From Octopus sinensis (Eukaryota), in assembly GCF_006345805.1 (NCBI RefSeq), contig NC_043024.1:13764001-13828000 (forward strand): a stretch of DNA of 64,000 nt, read 5' to 3'. The position numbers and the translations under genes were made by a program. Shown in pieces: positions 26,471-40,330 of the stretch (positions are counted from its first letter, which is position 1; each line of letters starts with the position of its first letter). The notes beneath the pieces are model-generated. The model worked only from the letters and a program-made list of their open reading frames with translations, did not search any database and was not told the DNA's origin.

Positions 26471-27070
26471 TGTGTTTGTGTGTGTGTGTATAATAATATA
26501 ACAAGACTCTATTTACTGAAAACTGAGGCTCCTATTTAGGTAGGAAGAAAAAGCACACACACCAATTACAGACGAACCACCAACCTTTGTACAGAAGTAC
26601 TAACAAAATGATATTCGAGTAATTCATGCAATTAAATTGGAACCAATAGAATGTATAATCCGCTCTTCAGCTATTCGGACATGTACATTTTAATTAGATG
26701 TACAACCTATATTATTCTTCGGAATACGCGAGGGGGGCATATTCGGAGATATTCGAATTAGAAATAAATAAGTAACACTACCACTACCTTATATGCCGTA
26801 GTGGATCTCCCCATTCACGTAAACTTGAATGTACATTGTTTCGGTTAAGCTCATTTATTGATTCAGTCGTAGAAGCAAACTGTTTATCTGAAGAAAAGTT
26901 TCTTTTTTTATATAATGATGTAATGAACTAATTAATCAATTCAAAAATTATTTAGAAACGGTTTTAATGAATTGACACCTGTCCATCATTTTTTACTTAT
27001 GTATACACACACACACACACGCACATATATATATATGTTTTTATATATATATTATATATATATATTATAT

Positions 27071-27102
<32 letters not shown>

Positions 27103-27360
27103 CACATACACTCATACACACACGCACACACGCACACACACACACACGCATATATATATATAGGGAGAATTCCCACCAAAACAAAAGACGAAGACAGGTG
27201 GTGTAGACAACAAACAGACTTAGAGAAGTGAAAAAGTCTTTAACGTTTCGAGCCTACGCTCTTCCAGAGAAAGGATCACAGAAAGAAACAAGGGGAGAAA
27301 ATAAAGAATGTGTAGTGGCTAGCGATCTATCATGGCGAATATACATACATACATATGCAT

Positions 27361-27421
<61 letters not shown>

Positions 27422-27846
27422 GATGTGTATATATACTTATGGGCAGGCGCATTTGTAGTATATGTAATATGGCAGAGTAATTGCCCGTAGTATCCTGGTA
27501 AATAATTTTCGCTTAGGAAATAGCTGGTTAGTATCCTCTGAAATATTTCTGTTGGCAAAGTATGAAGGACCAAAAGGAAAGAGTTGACCAATTAGAGATA
27601 GAATCAATGATGTAAACGAAATAAACATTGATAGCCCTGTCAAGTTCTATTACGACGTCAACTGAGGTGTGGAAGTGGAAGTGGCCGTGGATGAAGTAAA
27701 TGGAAGAAAGTGCTTAAGATGAAAAGAAAGGAAAATGGGATGTAATAAAATCGAATGAATTTCCTCATAAATAAAATGCAAATAAAATAAGGAATCATAA
27801 TAGCGTTTAGAAGTTCGTTTTCAAATTTTATCAACGTCATCGTCGC

Positions 27847-27895
<49 letters not shown>

Positions 27896-28803
27896 GTCGT
27901 CGTCGTCGTCTATGTCGTCATCATCATCATCATCATCAACATCACAATCTTCTTCTTCTTCTTCTTCTTCTCCTCCTCTTCCCTTTTATCCTCCTTCTTA
28001 ATAATCATCATTATCATTATCATCATTGTCGTCTTCGCCGTCCGTTTGAAAATATTAGACGGGCGGGAATTGCTATAATTAAATAAATGAAGAATCGTAA
28101 ATAACCAACGTAATTATTTGGATGACAATGATGGTGATGATGATGATGATGATGATCCTCCTCCTCCTCCTCATCATCATCATCATAACGATGGTGATTA
28201 TTGGTGATGGAAAACATCTGAATGATTGCATACTGTAATATCCCTTGTTGACAGAATTAAAGCAATTATGGATTTAACAAGACTCGTTTTATCAAATATC
28301 ATCAGGTTGTCAAATCCCTATGAGGAAAACCAATGAAAAACTTATCCTGGAATCAGGCTTATAATGGTTTGTAGGTGTGATGCATGTCCCTAGCTGGATT
28401 TATTAGTTTCTTTGAAGAGCGACTATCCATGTTAACACTAGTGTTGAACAAAAATGGTTTATTACGAGAGTGTGGAAGGTGGGCGGGGTTATTGTAGGAA
28501 AAAGTACATGTAACAGCCGTGTGTTTTTCTTGCCTGTATTTGATGAAAATAGATATGTTGAAGATAAGAAAAATATCATGCATGTAGTTTAATATGCCGC
28601 ATTTAAGAAATATTTAATATTACTTGAACATATAATGTTAGGCTTAGGAGTGGCTGTGTGGTAAGAAGCTTGATTACCAATTACACAGGTTCGGTCCCAC
28701 TGCGTGGCGCCTTGGCAAGTGTCTTCTACTAAAGCCTCGGGCCGACCAAAGCATTGTGAGTGGATTTCGTAGACGGAAACAGAAAGAAGCCTGTTGTATA
28801 TGT

Positions 28804-28962
<159 letters not shown>

Positions 28963-29045
28963 CGGGAAGCTTTATGAAAATAACAAAAGACGAAGGCAGG
29001 TGGAAAACAAACGAACAATTGTATTAGTATGTATTACAATTGTAT

Positions 29046-29076
<31 letters not shown>

Positions 29077-30225
29077 GTGTGTGTGTGCGCGTGTATATAG
29101 ATTTGTGTGTCTCTGTTTGTCCCCCAATCCTCGCTTGACAACCGATGCTTCGTCGCTTGGTGTTCTTTGACTACCTTAGGGGAAATATTTACCAATAGTC
29201 CAACGATCATATTCAGCAGAATACAATATTTCTAAATATGGCAGATTTCGAAATAAAAGCAGCTCTACTAAAGTAAACATTATCGATCGCGCATAGGCAT
29301 CGTAACCCACAGTCGGATCAAACCCAAACGAATTGACTCTCTGCCCTATGAGTTATATACAAATAAGGTGAAAATTATTTGCTAATGTGCCACGGTGAAG
29401 CACATGTGAAAGTAAATTAAATTACAAATTAAAATCATGTCCAGTAATGCATAAGTTATCGCTCGAACAGACAGAGTGTGTTTGTTTATACGCTGAATTG
29501 GCAGCGGAATAGCATTTGGTTGAGTTTTCTAGACGACGCTGAGTGTTAAAGAACACCCGAATATCAAAGCCGTAGCGGAAAACTTGCCTGATTGAATCAA
29601 GCGTGGTAGACGCCGATATTTCGCCATTATTGTGGTCCATGACATATGCAAATAGGGCGAAACGTATTTCCTGGTGTGCGACGGCGAAATACATGTGACA
29701 GCGCTCTCATACATTGCTGATAAAACATGACTACACAGCATTACTACCTGGCGTCCATTTTTAGGCAACTGACGTGTTGTATCGAACTCTCAACATAGGA
29801 GACAGTCAATGCCTGGAACCGTCAAATAACGATCACACGAGAACAGACGATGAGATCAATATTTGAAGTCTATGAAAAAGTGAATAATCCGACATTCCAT
29901 GCGGAGCGGAAGATAAATGGAAACACTCAAAGAGTATTTGAGACGACGAGACACCAACAGTTGCAAAACCAAAGGACACGTAAATGAAACAATGGAACTT
30001 CAAATAATAAAGTTTCATACCTAAATAAAGACTTCACTACATTATTTGTGCAATGGTGCCAATCATATGGAGGTAAGCAGGAATTTGAAAACCATTTTAA
30101 GTAGATATAGATATATTCCTACACACAAGACAACTATACATACATATGTTAGATAAATTCATTCAAGAATATCAGAAAGAGACTTAAGTCACACATGCAC
30201 ACAGACACAGACACACATATACATG

Positions 30226-30261
<36 letters not shown>

Positions 30262-32165
30262 TGTATGTATGTATGTATGTATGTATGTATGTATATATGT
30301 ATGTATATATTTATATACGTATCTATACAGCCATAGTTATATCTATTAAAGCATATACTCATTCAAACGAAGTCTGTGAATTCAAGGAAGCATTCAGATA
30401 AGACAAGGAGCGTTGATCTTATAAGATTTCAATCACTGACGTAATACTTTCAGAGTATTAGTGAAAGACTTTAAGGAAACAACCTTCTTATCATAAAATC
30501 TCATAGAAATAATCATAATGTATTTCGAAATCTTGTTACACTACACTACATTTAGATTTATGCTTACCTGCTGAAATCAACCTCTAATTATAATTATATG
30601 TTCGCAATTTCAATTACCTAGTGCTTCAATAATGCATGCAAATCACGGCCGTTTATTTCCGTTCCAGTATCTCACTATCGCAGAAATATTTCCTAGTCTC
30701 ACATAGTGAATTTCCGTATATACGTACAACCAGAAATACAACGAAAGTCAAGTTGTATTCTTTCCCGCATATTTCAAAACGAATGAGTGTGGTTGTGATA
30801 CCTATCTTTCAATAAATATATAACCTGGAAAACTTTCATAAATGTTACCACTGTATAGGCATCTAATCAGGCATTTATATCTTACACGTTTAGTTAAATT
30901 GTTAATATATGAGTACATATAAACTCAATCTCGATTCTTATAAATCGTATCACTCGTTGATTTTTTCTACTTTTGAAGATGTTATGTTTTTTGTGAGATT
31001 ATTAGAGGTAGCACAAGTTCATTTAACTGTATTTGAAGTTTGAGTAATAATAAGTTTTTGAGTTTCTAGAGACTTTGCTGATCATTAAAAATAAAAATAA
31101 AAATGTGAACTAATTCCAGCATTGTACCATTTTTCTTTGATTTAACACCTATCACTATTCACGTTGTCCTTACTTTAGAATGAAGACAATAAACGGAATA
31201 TATTATTTATATATTAATTAATTATCTATTTGTTCGACTATATATATGAAGGACAATAATATACAAAATGGTTTATAGAAAAAAATATTGAAGAATAAAT
31301 GAAATATAAATGTAATTTTGTAACTTAACGTTATGTGGCAAAATAATTGATTTTATTCTCTTCTTACAATCCCAACTTCTATAATTGAAATAAAACTAAT
31401 TAGAGACTTTATAATATTTATGTTCTTCAGAGAAATATATAGTGTGTAATAAAATACCTATTTAACTCAAAACGAGGCCACTTCAGTCTTGAACTATTGG
31501 TTATACACACAAAAGTCACTGGGTTTATTTTTCTTTGATTTTCGTTTGGAGTTAACGGATACAAATTATGTTTATATATCAAAGTATCTGAAGATGCGTC
31601 GAGGAATTCTTTAAAAGAGGTTCTCGACTTGGATGTTTGCTTCCCAACCACATGGTTTCGGGTTTAGCCCCACTGCCATTTACCTTGGGCAGATATCATC
31701 TATTGCAGCCCCGGGCCGATGTCAACCTGGTGAGTGTATTTGGTAGACGGAAGCTGAAACACCCCCATCGTATATATATAAACAAACTAAGCCACAGGAT
31801 ATCAAGTATTGATGCAGTAAGACCTTTTCAAGCGTCTTCATGTAATTCGACAATGCAATCATTTCATCAATTTAAATACAGTGCCATCATCAGCTGCACA
31901 AATGAATAAATAGAATTTATATATATATAACCAGGAGTCACTTTTGCTTAATGGTACTGGGGGCTTAACTGGAATTTGGGCGGTGCAAAGTTCGATTCCT
32001 TGTCGTGGTTGCTGGCCACAATTTTCTGTCTTCTAAAGGGCAATTTCCCTATTTTCTAACCTAACTTCTCCTCTGCGTTCTAGAATTCCTCTATCTTTTG
32101 TACAATATATGAGAGTCGTATATATATATATAGAGAGAGAAAGAGAGATAGATATATATATATAC

Positions 32166-32208
<43 letters not shown>

Positions 32209-32537
32209 ATCTCTATATATATATATATATATATGTGTGGTGTGTGTGTGTGTAGTGTGGAGGCGCAATGGCCAAGTGGTTAGGGTAGCGGACTCGCGGT
32301 CGTAGGATCAGGGTTTCGATATTGAGCGAAAATACCTAAAAAAAAGCTCCACGACGCTCCGGCAGGGGGTGGTGATCCCTGCTGTACTCTTTCACCACTC
32401 TTTCTCTCACTCTTTCGTCTGTTGGCCTGCTCGCTTAGCCAGCGGGGTGGCTTCATTCGAAGGTTAAAAGAATGCGAACGCATTGTGACCAGCGACGTGT
32501 AGCAACATCTGATGGTCTGGTCGGTCACGTGGTCACG

Positions 32538-32578
<41 letters not shown>

Positions 32579-33837
32579 AGTATGTGTGTATTTGTCACCC
32601 AACACCGATTGACAACTGGTTTTGGTTTGCTTACATGCCAGTAACTCACCATTTCGCCAAAAGACCTCGATAGAATAACAATCAAACTAAATAATGTATA
32701 TATTGGTGTGGATTTTTTCGACAATAAACCTCAAGACAATTGCCCTGCTCTGCCACAGACCAAACACTGAAGTAAAAGATAGACATGTCAGTTCGAATGT
32801 TAGAGTATTTGCTTATGTAAAACACAATTGCAGTTTCCATATGGATAAATTAGCTCACCAGATTCATTCCGGTTGCCTCTAATATGTTGTATATCTTCAT
32901 TGTGTAATGAGTAAAAATGAATCAGCTTCTTCAATTTCTATGTACCTTTTAAGCTCAAATTATTAATGTTCAATAAATCACTAATCTCGCACAGTTTGCT
33001 CGCTGAACTAAAAAATCTAGTCCTAATTTTGAGATTATTAGTAAGGAGTTATGGTCAGTAAATCTCTTGCCTACAGGTTATGAAAGCATTACTTAAAGAT
33101 ATTTCCCCGCCCGAATAACATTATCTAAATTGTTGGTGCACAAATAGTCATATCCTTTGCAAAATATTTGATCCGCCTTAATGCTTTAGCAACGTCTATA
33201 CGCGGTGCTTATACGCAAGAATGATAATAAAAGCAAACTTGAAGAGAAATGCTCTCCTCTAAGCTAAAAGCACGTCCCACAGTCTAGAATTGTAAACCTT
33301 TACATTAAATCCAGCTTTTTAATACAGTCGCTACGATCACCCAGGTTTTACAGAATATATATGAAACCGATCATCAAGGGCTGATGTACGAGGAAATTAA
33401 TATAATAGGTTTGATTTCCTACCGGGAGAGCAGAGGGGATACACTGTGTATCCATGCTTTGTCTGTCTCTGGGATTGTAGATCTAAGGAGGAGTAGTGGG
33501 CGAGAGTGTAACGACGAAGGGCTCAATAGTGAGGAAGTGCTCAATAATGCTTTTGCCCCATCTATCGTCGCTGATGCTGAGGGAAGCGAAACCGAGACCG
33601 CTTCACAAAAACAGAAGCATCCGGCTAAAAAGCGTGTGCAGAGGGAGTTAGAATGAGACAGAGAAATATATAAGAATACATAAGGAACGAGAGGGGATGG
33701 ATTAGGAGAAATGAGTCTGGGATATAGTAGAAAATAGAGTTAGCGAACATAGTGACGTGTGGTGAGGAAAAGTGAAGAGCAATTGATGCTGAGAAGATTA
33801 GCTTAACGATGAAGGATAGAAGCATATTTACTTATGC

Positions 33838-33870
<33 letters not shown>

Positions 33871-34205
33871 TTATGCATTTATATACACACATACACACAT
33901 ACACACACACACACACACGCACACACACACACACGCACACACACGCACACACACACATATAAGCGCAATTCGGTATTTCGTGATACATTAATATGATATA
34001 TTAAATATGTCATAATTATATAGCTAAAGCAATTAAAACCCAAAAGAAAGAATGCAAAATAGCACCTGCAATTGCTAGAAACAAGAGCTAAAAAACTTAT
34101 TCCGAATAGCCACAGAAAAGGACCAGCCTCACAGGGACCGGCATTAGCAAGGCACAACACCTTTCTGCGTGGAGATAAAACTCACTGAATGAAATAATTT
34201 GATAA

Positions 34206-34264
34206 GACCCTAACATACGCTTTCGAAATTTAACCATTCCAGTTTTGCTTCTCTTCAGGGGGCT
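34206..34264 (-). ncRNA. Type I hammerhead ribozyme motif
   Basis: Minus strand: ccc-CTGAAGA-gaag...tttc-GAAA-gcgtatgt-TA-ggg. Stem III self-complementary with G-U pairs. Confidence 0.65.
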
Positions 34265-34369
34265 CCACAAATTTCCTCCGGGTTAAAGGAATAGCTTGTT
34301 TCTCATTAGCGCATGAGGAATATAACCGTTAAAGAGCGAGCGCCAAATTCAATGTGGTTTCCCCGTAAG

Positions 34370-34697
34370 GGTAAAGACCCCCTTCGGTCATGAATGACCA
34401 TGGGATTGCACCTAGAAAGTTACCCTCCTAGACACAAGTCCGGGCAAGGTTGTTTATAGAAGACCAGCAGTTGCCCATGCATACCAGCCTCCCCTCTCCA
34501 CGCCACCAGTGTTATCCAAGGGAAACACAGGTTGCTACAGCTTGGCACCAGTGACGTCGCAACTCATTCATACAGCTGAGTGAACTGGAGCAACGTGAAA
34601 TAAAGTGCTTTGCTCAAGAACACAACACGCAGCCCGGTCCGGGATTCGAGCTCACAACCTCACGATCATAAGCTCGATGCTCTAACCTCTGAGCCAT
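34370..34697 (-). mobile_element. tRNA-derived SINE
   Basis: Minus-strand head tggctcagaggttagagc...gagctcgaatccc, then gttgtgttcttgagcaaagcactttatttcacgttgctccag. Confidence 0.8.
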
Positions 34698-34779
34698 CCC
34701 CGTATATGTATATAAACCTATAACGATAACTTACTATTATGATTTATTAAATACCTTATAATATAATAATCGTTTTACA

Positions 34780-35860
34780 CAGATTTTCGAAATATATTTT
34801 TAAACCTTTATTTTTTTACTGCGAATTCCTTTAAAAACAACTGTGTTTAAATCTGAAGTTCTTAAATTTACAACTTCAGGCTCCGCAGCCCACTCGAAAT
34901 TTTGATTAATCAGTGGAAAATTAGTTTATAACACGTTTGCCATTCCTCATTTTATTTTTTTCATTCTTTGTTATGAATCGATTTGCGAAAACGTCACTTT
35001 TTGCACAAATTTTCGACTATATTTTTTTAAGACTATATTTCTGATTGTGAAATTCTTTAAACACAACAGTGTTAAAATCACAAACTCTAAAATATATACC
35101 TTTAGGCTCCGCAACGCACTTGAAATTTCGAAATTATGTGAAATAAATAGACTTTTCGACTTCGTTTTTCTTTATTATTTCTAATATTAGGTCATCGAAT
35201 ATATATTTTTCACGAGATCTGGATTACACATACATTAAAATGAATTTAAAAGTTTGTCAAGATAATTCTTTTTTTGGCAAAACGCACCTGCCCCTTGTGT
35301 TACGATTGGGTCAGTTAAACCAAAAAGCATAAAAGTTTCCTTTTCTGACGTAGAAGGACGATCGTTATCTGGCCGATTCCTTCTAATCAGTCTCTGAATG
35401 ATCGATTGAGATACTGCATGATCGATTCCCCCAAAGATCATTTTGCGATTAGTCCGTTGATCCTGTAAAAATCTGGTTCTCTCTGAGGTCCTTTTTGTTT
35501 TGTCTCTACAACTGCAGTGTTTTAAGGAGTTGCACTTAAATGTGAAATAAATCTTTTGTTGCATTGTTTTTTAGACATATTACACTTTGTTTGGAACGAT
35601 CGCACATTTTTTCTCCTCTTCACAGATTTTAGTAATACTTGCTACATTAGATAAAAGTTTAAGATTTTCGGTTTAACTGACTCAATCGTAACACGAGGGA
35701 CGGATGCCTTTTGCCGAAGAAGAATTATCTTTTTTGCTACAATCTCGACAATTTGTTTAATTGAAGGATCTTTCTTACCTACATGATTTTCTTTTTCTCG
35801 GTCAAATAAAGCACATATGTCCTTGTAAGTTGGCAAACCTTCCTCGCTAAGGCCAAATGA
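34780..35860 (-). mobile_element. Decayed DNA-transposon ORF with duplicated subterminal blocks
   Basis: Peptides LRQKASVPRV...KI and FLQDQRTNRKMIFGGID resemble transposon-derived proteins (superfamily not assigned); direct repeats at ~34825-34905 and ~35053-35130. Confidence 0.5.
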
Positions 35861-35931
35861 AGTACCAGATATTAGATAGATAAATAGATAGATAGCAAGA
35901 TAGATAGATAAATAGATAGATAGATAGATAT

Positions 35932-36002
<71 letters not shown>

Positions 36003-36259
36003 TATATTTAGAAGAGTGTATATATTTGTGCTCGCACGCTACACATTCACTCACACACAATCACTCCTGCACACGTATATAACTTATTTTTAATAATTCG
36101 TGTCGGGGACAGAGAATAGAATCCGAAATGCAGTGAGTGTCGTACATTAACAAAAATTCTAAGAAAGAAAAGTTAAAGTAGTGTTTGTAAATATATATAT
36201 ATATTCTAGAAACAGAAGATTAATTTTTTTTTCTTCTATCTTTAAGTCTGCGATTTTCC

Positions 36260-36312
36260 TGTTGATTTCTTTTTCTTTATCTTTTTTTCTCTTCTACGGA
36301 ATATTTAAACAG
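36260..36312 (+). promoter_or_regulatory. Polypyrimidine tract and 3' splice acceptor of copy B
   Basis: gttgatttctttttctttatctttttttctcttc...aaacAG; in-frame TAA at 36306 just upstream. Confidence 0.75.
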
Positions 36313-38159
36313 TTGAACGGAAGTTCGATGTCTCGAAACTGTCTGGAAGAAGAAAAATTGCTAAACTGCTGACTGAATTCATCAGAGACAATAATGTTTC
36401 CAAAGTGAAAACTATGTTGAAGAAATACAACTTGAAACAAAGATATATGATCATCTCATTGAAGGTTAACGGCTGTCCACTGTTTTTCGCGGCGTCAGAC
36501 GCAGGTAACGTAAGTCTTGTTAACTATTTCCTCGATCAATGCGATGCCAACATCGAACAACGTGGAACGTATGCTGGAATAAAATGCACACCACTTTGGA
36601 TCGCAGCACTTCGGAACCATTTTTACGTGGTAGTTACGTTGGCTAAACGCGGAGCTGATATCAATACGCAAGCAAGTTCTGGGAAGAGTGCCGTCAGTAT
36701 CAGCTGTCGAAATGCTAAGATTGTTAGGTTTCTTGTACAGCAAGGTGCCAATGTTGACTTAACAGACTCAAGAGGCCGAACATCTCTGATGTGTTCGACC
36801 GAACATTTGATCATATGTCGTCGCTTGTTGTCTCTCGGAGCAAATGTTAACAGAATTGACCATAAGGGACAGGACGCCCTCCATTTCGCAATAAAACGAG
36901 GGCAATTAAAAACAGTTGATTTATTTGTAAGACATGGAATTAATCTTACGAGGAAAGATAATAACGGGACAACACATTTGGAGTTTGCAGCTATCCATAA
37001 CAAACCGGATATAATAGAATTCCTAATCTCCACAAATCAGTACGGTAGAGAAGCCATAATATCGGCTTACGAACTCTTGGGTAGCCAGTTTGCAATGGAT
37101 TATCACTTGACTTATAACGCAGAGCAGGTGAAGATATGGTGGTTTAGGGCCATACAAATGCGCCATGAAGACACATCTGAGGCCCCAATCACTAAAAACT
37201 TACCCAGTTATCAAAGACTGGTCACTACTATTATCGGAGAAGAATTTACAAGCGTTGATAATTTGAATGAAATTTCACACAATGCGAACGCAATGTGGAC
37301 TCAAGGTCTGTTGGTGCAGTCAAGGATTTTGGGTCCCAGGCATCCGACTACGATCAAGTCACTAATGAGGAAAATATGCTTCCACATAAAACGGTGTGAA
37401 TTCCACGAGAGTATACAATTATTGTACTGTCTGCTGAGTTTTTGTAAACATTTCTCTGATCCACTTCAGAACGATATCCTTGATGTGATAGAAACGTTCA
37501 CATCGATTTTAATGCACACAATATTAACAAACAACACCAGCACCCATCATTTATCTCCTATTTTCCATTGCTTCATCAATTACGTGTGTTCACATGTCAT
37601 TCCATACCTGAAAAAACAAGGGACAACAATAAGCAACCAAAAGGTACCCGATTTGGAACGTCTTCTAATTGAAATTCTGGATTTACTTGAATTAATTTTG
37701 AATTATCCCTTAGATGAATTGCATACTAAAGAATTCGAAAGCAGTTTAGCGGAACTCATAAGTCATCGGCCTCGTGGAATGAACCAAATAAGCTTGCTGC
37801 AACTTTCAATTCAAATGTACCATCCTCTTAACGTAGTTGAAATGCTTCTGAAATGCGGTGCAGACGTGAATTCCATTGACAATGAAGGCAACACCGCGAT
37901 CCATTACGCCATTTTGTATCCTTCGCAATATCAGACAGAAATATTATCTTGTTTACTGCAATTTGGATGTCATGTTGATATCGTCAACAACAATGGCTAC
38001 TCTGCGTTGGAATATCTCCAGCTTTGCAAATTGGTATCGAACCCTTTGAAATACTGCACGCTTCAGTGCATTTGTGCCAGAACTATTCGTAAACACAACG
38101 TAAACTACAGGCTTGTACTGTCAAAAGAATTGGTATATTTCGTTGATAAGCATGGCTAA
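36313..38159 (+). CDS. fem-1: Fem-1-like ankyrin-repeat protein, copy B; large terminal coding exon
   Basis: Paralog of copy A with the same offset (14437 nt) at acceptor and stop, so no net indel. Many synonymous differences and the same motifs. Frame open from the AG at 36311-36312 (ERKFDVSKLSGRRKIAKLLTEF). AATAAA at 38194-38199. Confidence 0.9.
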
Positions 38160-38276
38160 GTACTACTGTTTACTGTAAATTTTCTAATGAATGAATAAAA
38201 TTGTCTTAAACGTTTGTAATAAAGGGTCAAAAACAAATAAAAGAGCAATAAAAGAGATATTCTCTTTAAAATTACA

Positions 38277-38341
<65 letters not shown>

Positions 38342-38361
38342 TAATAATAATAATAATAATA

Positions 38362-38417
<56 letters not shown>

Positions 38418-38419
38418 GT

Positions 38420-38780
38420 CAAGACCTACCAAAAACTGACCAAATATAAAGATCTTGAAATAAAAATTAGCAAAATGTGGAACCTGAAGACTAAAACAAT
38501 ACCTCAGATACCAGGGAACCCAAAAATGGCAGAAATTTAAAAGATAGTGCTCATATCCTACGCAAAATACTTTCTATATAATCTCAAGTTTTAAAACAAA
38601 CACATGATTTTCTTATGGTTTCATAAACATTCTCTAGAACAAAACTATGTACAGAATCAAATATATGGCACCCTGGGCATAACATCAATATGAACTTCCC
38701 ACTTGTTGTCTCTTGAGGTCTCTGGGTGAGACTTGGAGCCAACTTGTACAAATGTAAAGCAAAAGTCAAACATAAAATAA
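38420..38780 (+). mobile_element. 3' end of an R4/Dong-type non-LTR retrotransposon inside (TAA)n
   Basis: TYQKLTKYKDLEIKISKMWNLKTKTIP...AHILRKILS resembles a restriction-like endonuclease C-terminus; long TAA tracts on both sides. Confidence 0.75.
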
Positions 38781-38787
38781 TAATAAT

Positions 38788-38821
<34 letters not shown>

Positions 38822-40049
38822 TAATAATAATAATAAAATAATAATAATAATAATAAGTTTCTATTTTATTTACATTATTTCGTTGACGTGTGTATTATAT
38901 CTTTAGATATGGGACTATATACCTGCGAATAAGTTTTGAAACGGCTTGTTGTTTCCCTTGAAATATACCATAGACAAAACTTAGGTTTGACTTGGAATTC
39001 AGTAATACATCAACAACAGTTAGTTATTTGTTACCATTTTATAATGACAACCATTTTGATTATAACTGAATCCCTAGCGTATGCTTGGCTTTATCTGTAA
39101 ATCATTTGGTCTCCATACTCAAGTAAACCTGCTATTCTTTTATTTTTCGAAAACTAATAATTTCTTTTCCTTGGCTCAAGATTTTAATTTTGGAGCGAAA
39201 ACAGGATATGTTACGTGCGCCATTTAATTGTCATGCCAAAGAAGAAACCCCAAATGTATGCAAGAATTAGCAACTAGATCTTCCTTAAATGTCACTCTAT
39301 ATTATAAAAACGAATATATTCAATAATGTGATCTTTAGTTCTGAAAGAAATGCGCGATGGCCAGAGTTGGATTTCCTTGATTATATAAATAATCTGCTGT
39401 GATACATTTGGAAGTTAAATAGAAGCAAAAAGGCAAGGAATGTGAAATTCGTCAGACAAAAATGTAACTTCGACGCAGAGCGAAATATCAGAAAATGATA
39501 TAGGGAAATATAAATTTTTTATTTGAATTAGCTTTGCTGATTTCATCGAAAACTGAGTCTTTGTACGAGTTCACAATTAATTAATTAATTCTGTATACTG
39601 ATGTCCAATTCCAATCCACGTGTTGTTGATATTTATTTTATAATTGATTAATCGAAGTTCAATTAGAAGCAGTTATACTTTGATGATCAGGGTTCGAAAC
39701 ATAAGCACCAAAATTCTTTTTTGGAGAAAAAAACTATAATTTGTAATATGTACTCCCGTTATATGAGATTGCATTCTGTAATTTAGCAGAGATTTGGTGG
39801 CGTTTGTATCCGGTTGAGACACCCTTATGTCACATCTCTGTAAACATAATCCCAAACTAAGTCTATGGAAGTAGGTGATCATACATAATTTGGTCTACGT
39901 TTGCATAGATACGATAATCAAGTAGTCAATGTAAATATCTGCATAGGGCTGTGTGCTATTTGAAATGACTGTAGATAGTTAATTTTAAAGAAGGAAAATT
40001 GTGAAGAGAAACATCGAACTTAAGAGTAAATATGGAGGTCCCGATTGAG

Positions 40050-40330
40050 GGTGTTTTGTGAGGGGAAAATTTTTTTGACAACGTTCGAGTGCTTGTGGAT
40101 GGATATTGTTCAACCATTCCAAGCATGGCCTCATCTTCCACGTCCTCGAGGCTGCCGTCACCTTCCTTGACTTCTTCGAACAAGTTTTGTAGCACACGTT
40201 CGTTGACACTTTCGGGGCCTTCCACTTCATTTTATTTTTCGCTGCTGCTCTTACACTAAGTCCATAGTGCAACCATATCTGGCTGAATTGGAGCTTGAAA
40301 AGACGGAAATCAATTCGTATTGCAAGATTT
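40050..40330 (-). mobile_element. Mariner transposase N-terminal fragment
   Basis: EGPESVNERVLQNLFEEVKEGDGSLED/VEDEAMLGMVEQYPSTSTRTLS fits the mariner HTH region; frameshifted. Confidence 0.75.
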
